A DNA stretch of 64,000 bases, from positions 6,946,001 through 7,010,000 of the forward strand of contig CM052818.1 of assembly GCA_028534125.1 (NCBI GenBank), given 5' to 3'. A program made the position numbers and the translations under genes. Source of the stretch: Lama glama. Its lineage: Eukaryota. The stretch's first letter is position 1; the number at the start of each line of letters is the position of its first letter. Under the pieces are notes generated by a model. The model ran no database searches. It saw only the letters and a program-made list of their open reading frames with translations, and was not told the DNA's origin. Below, piece after piece: positions 61,275-64,000 of this stretch.

Positions 61275-64000
61275 AGCCTTACACACTGTCCTGTAATTTT
61301 CTTTTTCACTTTCTAGGTTCCCTTTTAAAATACAAATGCTCCTGAGAAAGTAATGCTTATATTGCTAATACTTTAGGATAAATGGCTTACATCATCTTCC
61401 CGAGTGGAGGAAATGTAGGAGGTGGCTGGCCAGTAGCATGAGCTGCAGGGGAGAGGATGCTGAAGAGGGGGCCAGTGGCTGTGAAGTCAGAGACAGACCT
61501 GGTGGCCCTGACAATCGCACTTCGGCCCAGCCCAGCGTGCAGAAACGCTCTTGCTGCCTTTGGGTCTGCAGGGGCTGGCTGTAAAATTCCTGGGGAGAGC
61601 TGTTCCAAAGCACAGGGTATACTACAAAAGGTTAAAGAATTAGCTGGAAGTCTGGTATCTTCAGATCGGATCTGTGAGCCATTCCTCATTCTGCAAAAAT
61701 TTAAGATTCTTATATTTGCTCTGTCTAAAAGAGCCTGGTGTATCTTCATTCCGTTGCCCCAAAAACTTGACGTCTCACACTTGAGTAGTCACATCCCAGA
61801 CAATAAACTGTTAATTCATCAGAAGAAAGTCAGCATTCTTCGGTACCTACCCAAACAAGTGGCTTTTTCAGTGGCTGGCTTTCGGGAAGTCCATCTGAAA
61901 CACCTACGCCCTCAAAGAGCCTCCAACAGCAAGTGCCCAAGCCACATTCTTGTTTACTTGAACTTATTTATACCCTCTCTCATTCCACAAGGGACCTGAG
62001 GGGGCTGCCAACTCTCTGTGTCATCAGATCGTTATACCAAACTCATAGCAAACACTGTCATATTTCTAGAGGGCTGGAAATATAACAATGACCAACACGA
62101 ATAGAACACTCAAGACAAGTGTGCTAAGTAGTTCACCTGGATTAATTCATTCAGCCCGGGAGAGGTTCCACTGGGTTCCACTGAATCCACACTGCTCTCA
62201 GTTGTAGGTTGCACCATTATGCACCGCTAAGAAAGAAAGAAAAAAAACCTGTCAACCAGCTGAAAGATGCAGTACCAGTCAGCATATGCTAGATTGTGCT
62301 GTCAAAACATAGACTCCGAAAGTTCAATGGCTAAAGAAGAAAGGTTTATGCTCCTGTCTCCTGAAATGCCCACTGACCGCAGCTTAGCTCCACACGACCT
62401 TTACACGTGAGATCCAGGCCCACAGAGCAACCTCCCTCTGGAACTTTGCTAATTGTTGAGGTGATCCTTTTAAAGCTCAGCCAGAAGTGATATGTCACTT
62501 CCCTTCACACTGCATTGGCCAGAGCACGGCCACCCCTGGGCTCCTCCTGTAGGGACGGCTACGGCAGCAAACAGCAGTACAATTTCCTATTCCTATATCA
62601 ATTGAAAGACACATCCTGGAATTGATGAAATATGGAACTTTCATCCCCAGTAGCCAGGTGAGGAATGGACACTTACATGGGTCACACAAGGTGCCTGAAA
62701 CCTCATAGGGGCAGACCTGGGGCTTCAGCCCAGGTATCACCAACTCCACCTTTAACCTGGTCAGAACAAGGCCTTATGTATGATCTCTCGGGTCCTGGGG
62801 AAGCCCAGAGGACCCTTAAATTACTCTCCATTTATTAATCTGTCTTTTTAAAAGATTCTTTTCTTTAAACACGTGTTGAGCCAGCACTGTGCTAGGTACA
62901 GCACTAAAGAATAAGTCTCTAGCTCCCTTAAACAAAATATCCTAGATCAGTCATGGGTCAAAAGGGAGATTCCCAGAGGCCAGCTATTAGCTGTGCAGAG
63001 AAAGGCATGCACTCAGAAGCTAAGATACACGTGACCCTGTCCAATACAGGGCTGGCCCTGGTCGTAAATCACCCCGTTAGGAGGACTATTTACTCTAAGC
63101 AGAGGCCTGGTGCGTGTGGGTCAGGTGCCAAGAAGTGAGTGAGCTGGCCATCGGAATGTGAGTGTGGGTGGGGTGGGGGGAAGTGGTCACCGGCTGCCAC
63201 TGAGTCACAAAGAGCTGAGCTGGGGAGGGCAGCGGGCCCCACCTTGGCGCAGCAGGAAGGAGCAAGGTCGGGAAGAGTCAGAGGTTGGGTGGGGCAGGGA
63301 GGAGGAGGAAGGCTGTCTCAGGTCCCAGCAGATCCCTGAGGTGGCTGGCAAACAGGCCTCTGATGCAAACACCGCCCCACCCAGGGTCCAGCTGGAGATC
63401 CAGAAAGCTCCTTCTGGGATGTATGTCGGGGTGGCCGTGAGAATACCCAGAACCTTGCTTTTGTCTGGTTTGAAATTCAGAAGCAGATGACTGGGGCGCC
63501 CAATACTTTATTCTTAAGAGTCAAGATTTAGGATCCTTTAGCTGTAACTCCTCCTTCCCAGAGCAAGGGTAAGCAAGTTTTCAGACATTTAAAAAATGGG
63601 AAATAAGAAAAGCTGAGGGTTAGCAGGTAGTAGAAAGAACAGAATGGTTGGAGGGGGGGGGATGAGGACAAAATATGAACATGAAATAGAGCCAGCTAGA
63701 GGATGACATTGCTGGTTAGTCATGGCATAAGCTGAGCATGGAGTCCCAGCTCTGCGTTATAAAGTGAAGAGGGATTACCGCGTGGAGGAAGTGTGCCAGA
63801 GGCCAGTCAGACAGCTGCTGGCCTCCTGCCAAGCTCTGAGGCCAGGCTGGCCAGTCAGGGTCCCGCCTCCATGAGCAGAAGCCCAAACTCCCCCATCGGG
63901 GACCCCTGGAGCAAGGGTTCACTCACACACTCTGCCCAGCTAGGCCCCAACCTCCACATTCATCCCCTCAGAACCCTCTGCTGCCCTCTCTGGCCACTAT

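Noticed and set aside
61457..61999. 180-aa plus-strand ORF
   Set aside because: No recognisable domain or homology and no supporting exon structure. It is likely a chance ORF.
1..64000. Prokaryote-type systems (CRISPR arrays, operons, defence islands)
   Set aside because: The sequence is clearly mammalian. There are no repeat-spacer arrays or gene-dense operon structure.

Overview
This is mammalian genomic DNA, most likely camelid (alpaca, llama or camel), judged from eight copies of a tRNA-derived SINE matching the camelid vic-1 type and from young camelid-like L1 3' ends. I recognised no intact protein-coding exon. The only ORFs with real protein signal are L1 ORF2 C-terminal fragments and a degraded RPLP2 processed pseudogene. 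The window is repeat-rich (L1, L2, MIR, MaLR and ERV1 LTRs, hAT and Tigger DNA transposons) and has several CpG-rich regulatory islands (~13.6-14.2k, 33.1-33.3k, 35.4-35.6k, 43.1-43.8k, 47.6-48.0k). It also has strong CTCF motifs in divergent arrangement and a series of minus-strand splice signals that suggest the non-coding 5' part of an unidentified multi-promoter gene or lncRNA. The best-supported curiosities are: a full-length U6 snRNA fused to an L1 3' end (U6/L1 chimera); a separate U6-poly(A) retrocopy inside an LTR; an ERV1-like provirus with a tRNA-Arg primer site and no recognisable coding ORFs that hosts the RPLP2 retrocopy; and SINE copies whose tails carry copy-specific segments ending in T-run terminators. 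I found no evidence for a wholly new biological system. Repeat subfamily names come from recognition by eye and need RepeatMasker/Dfam confirmation.
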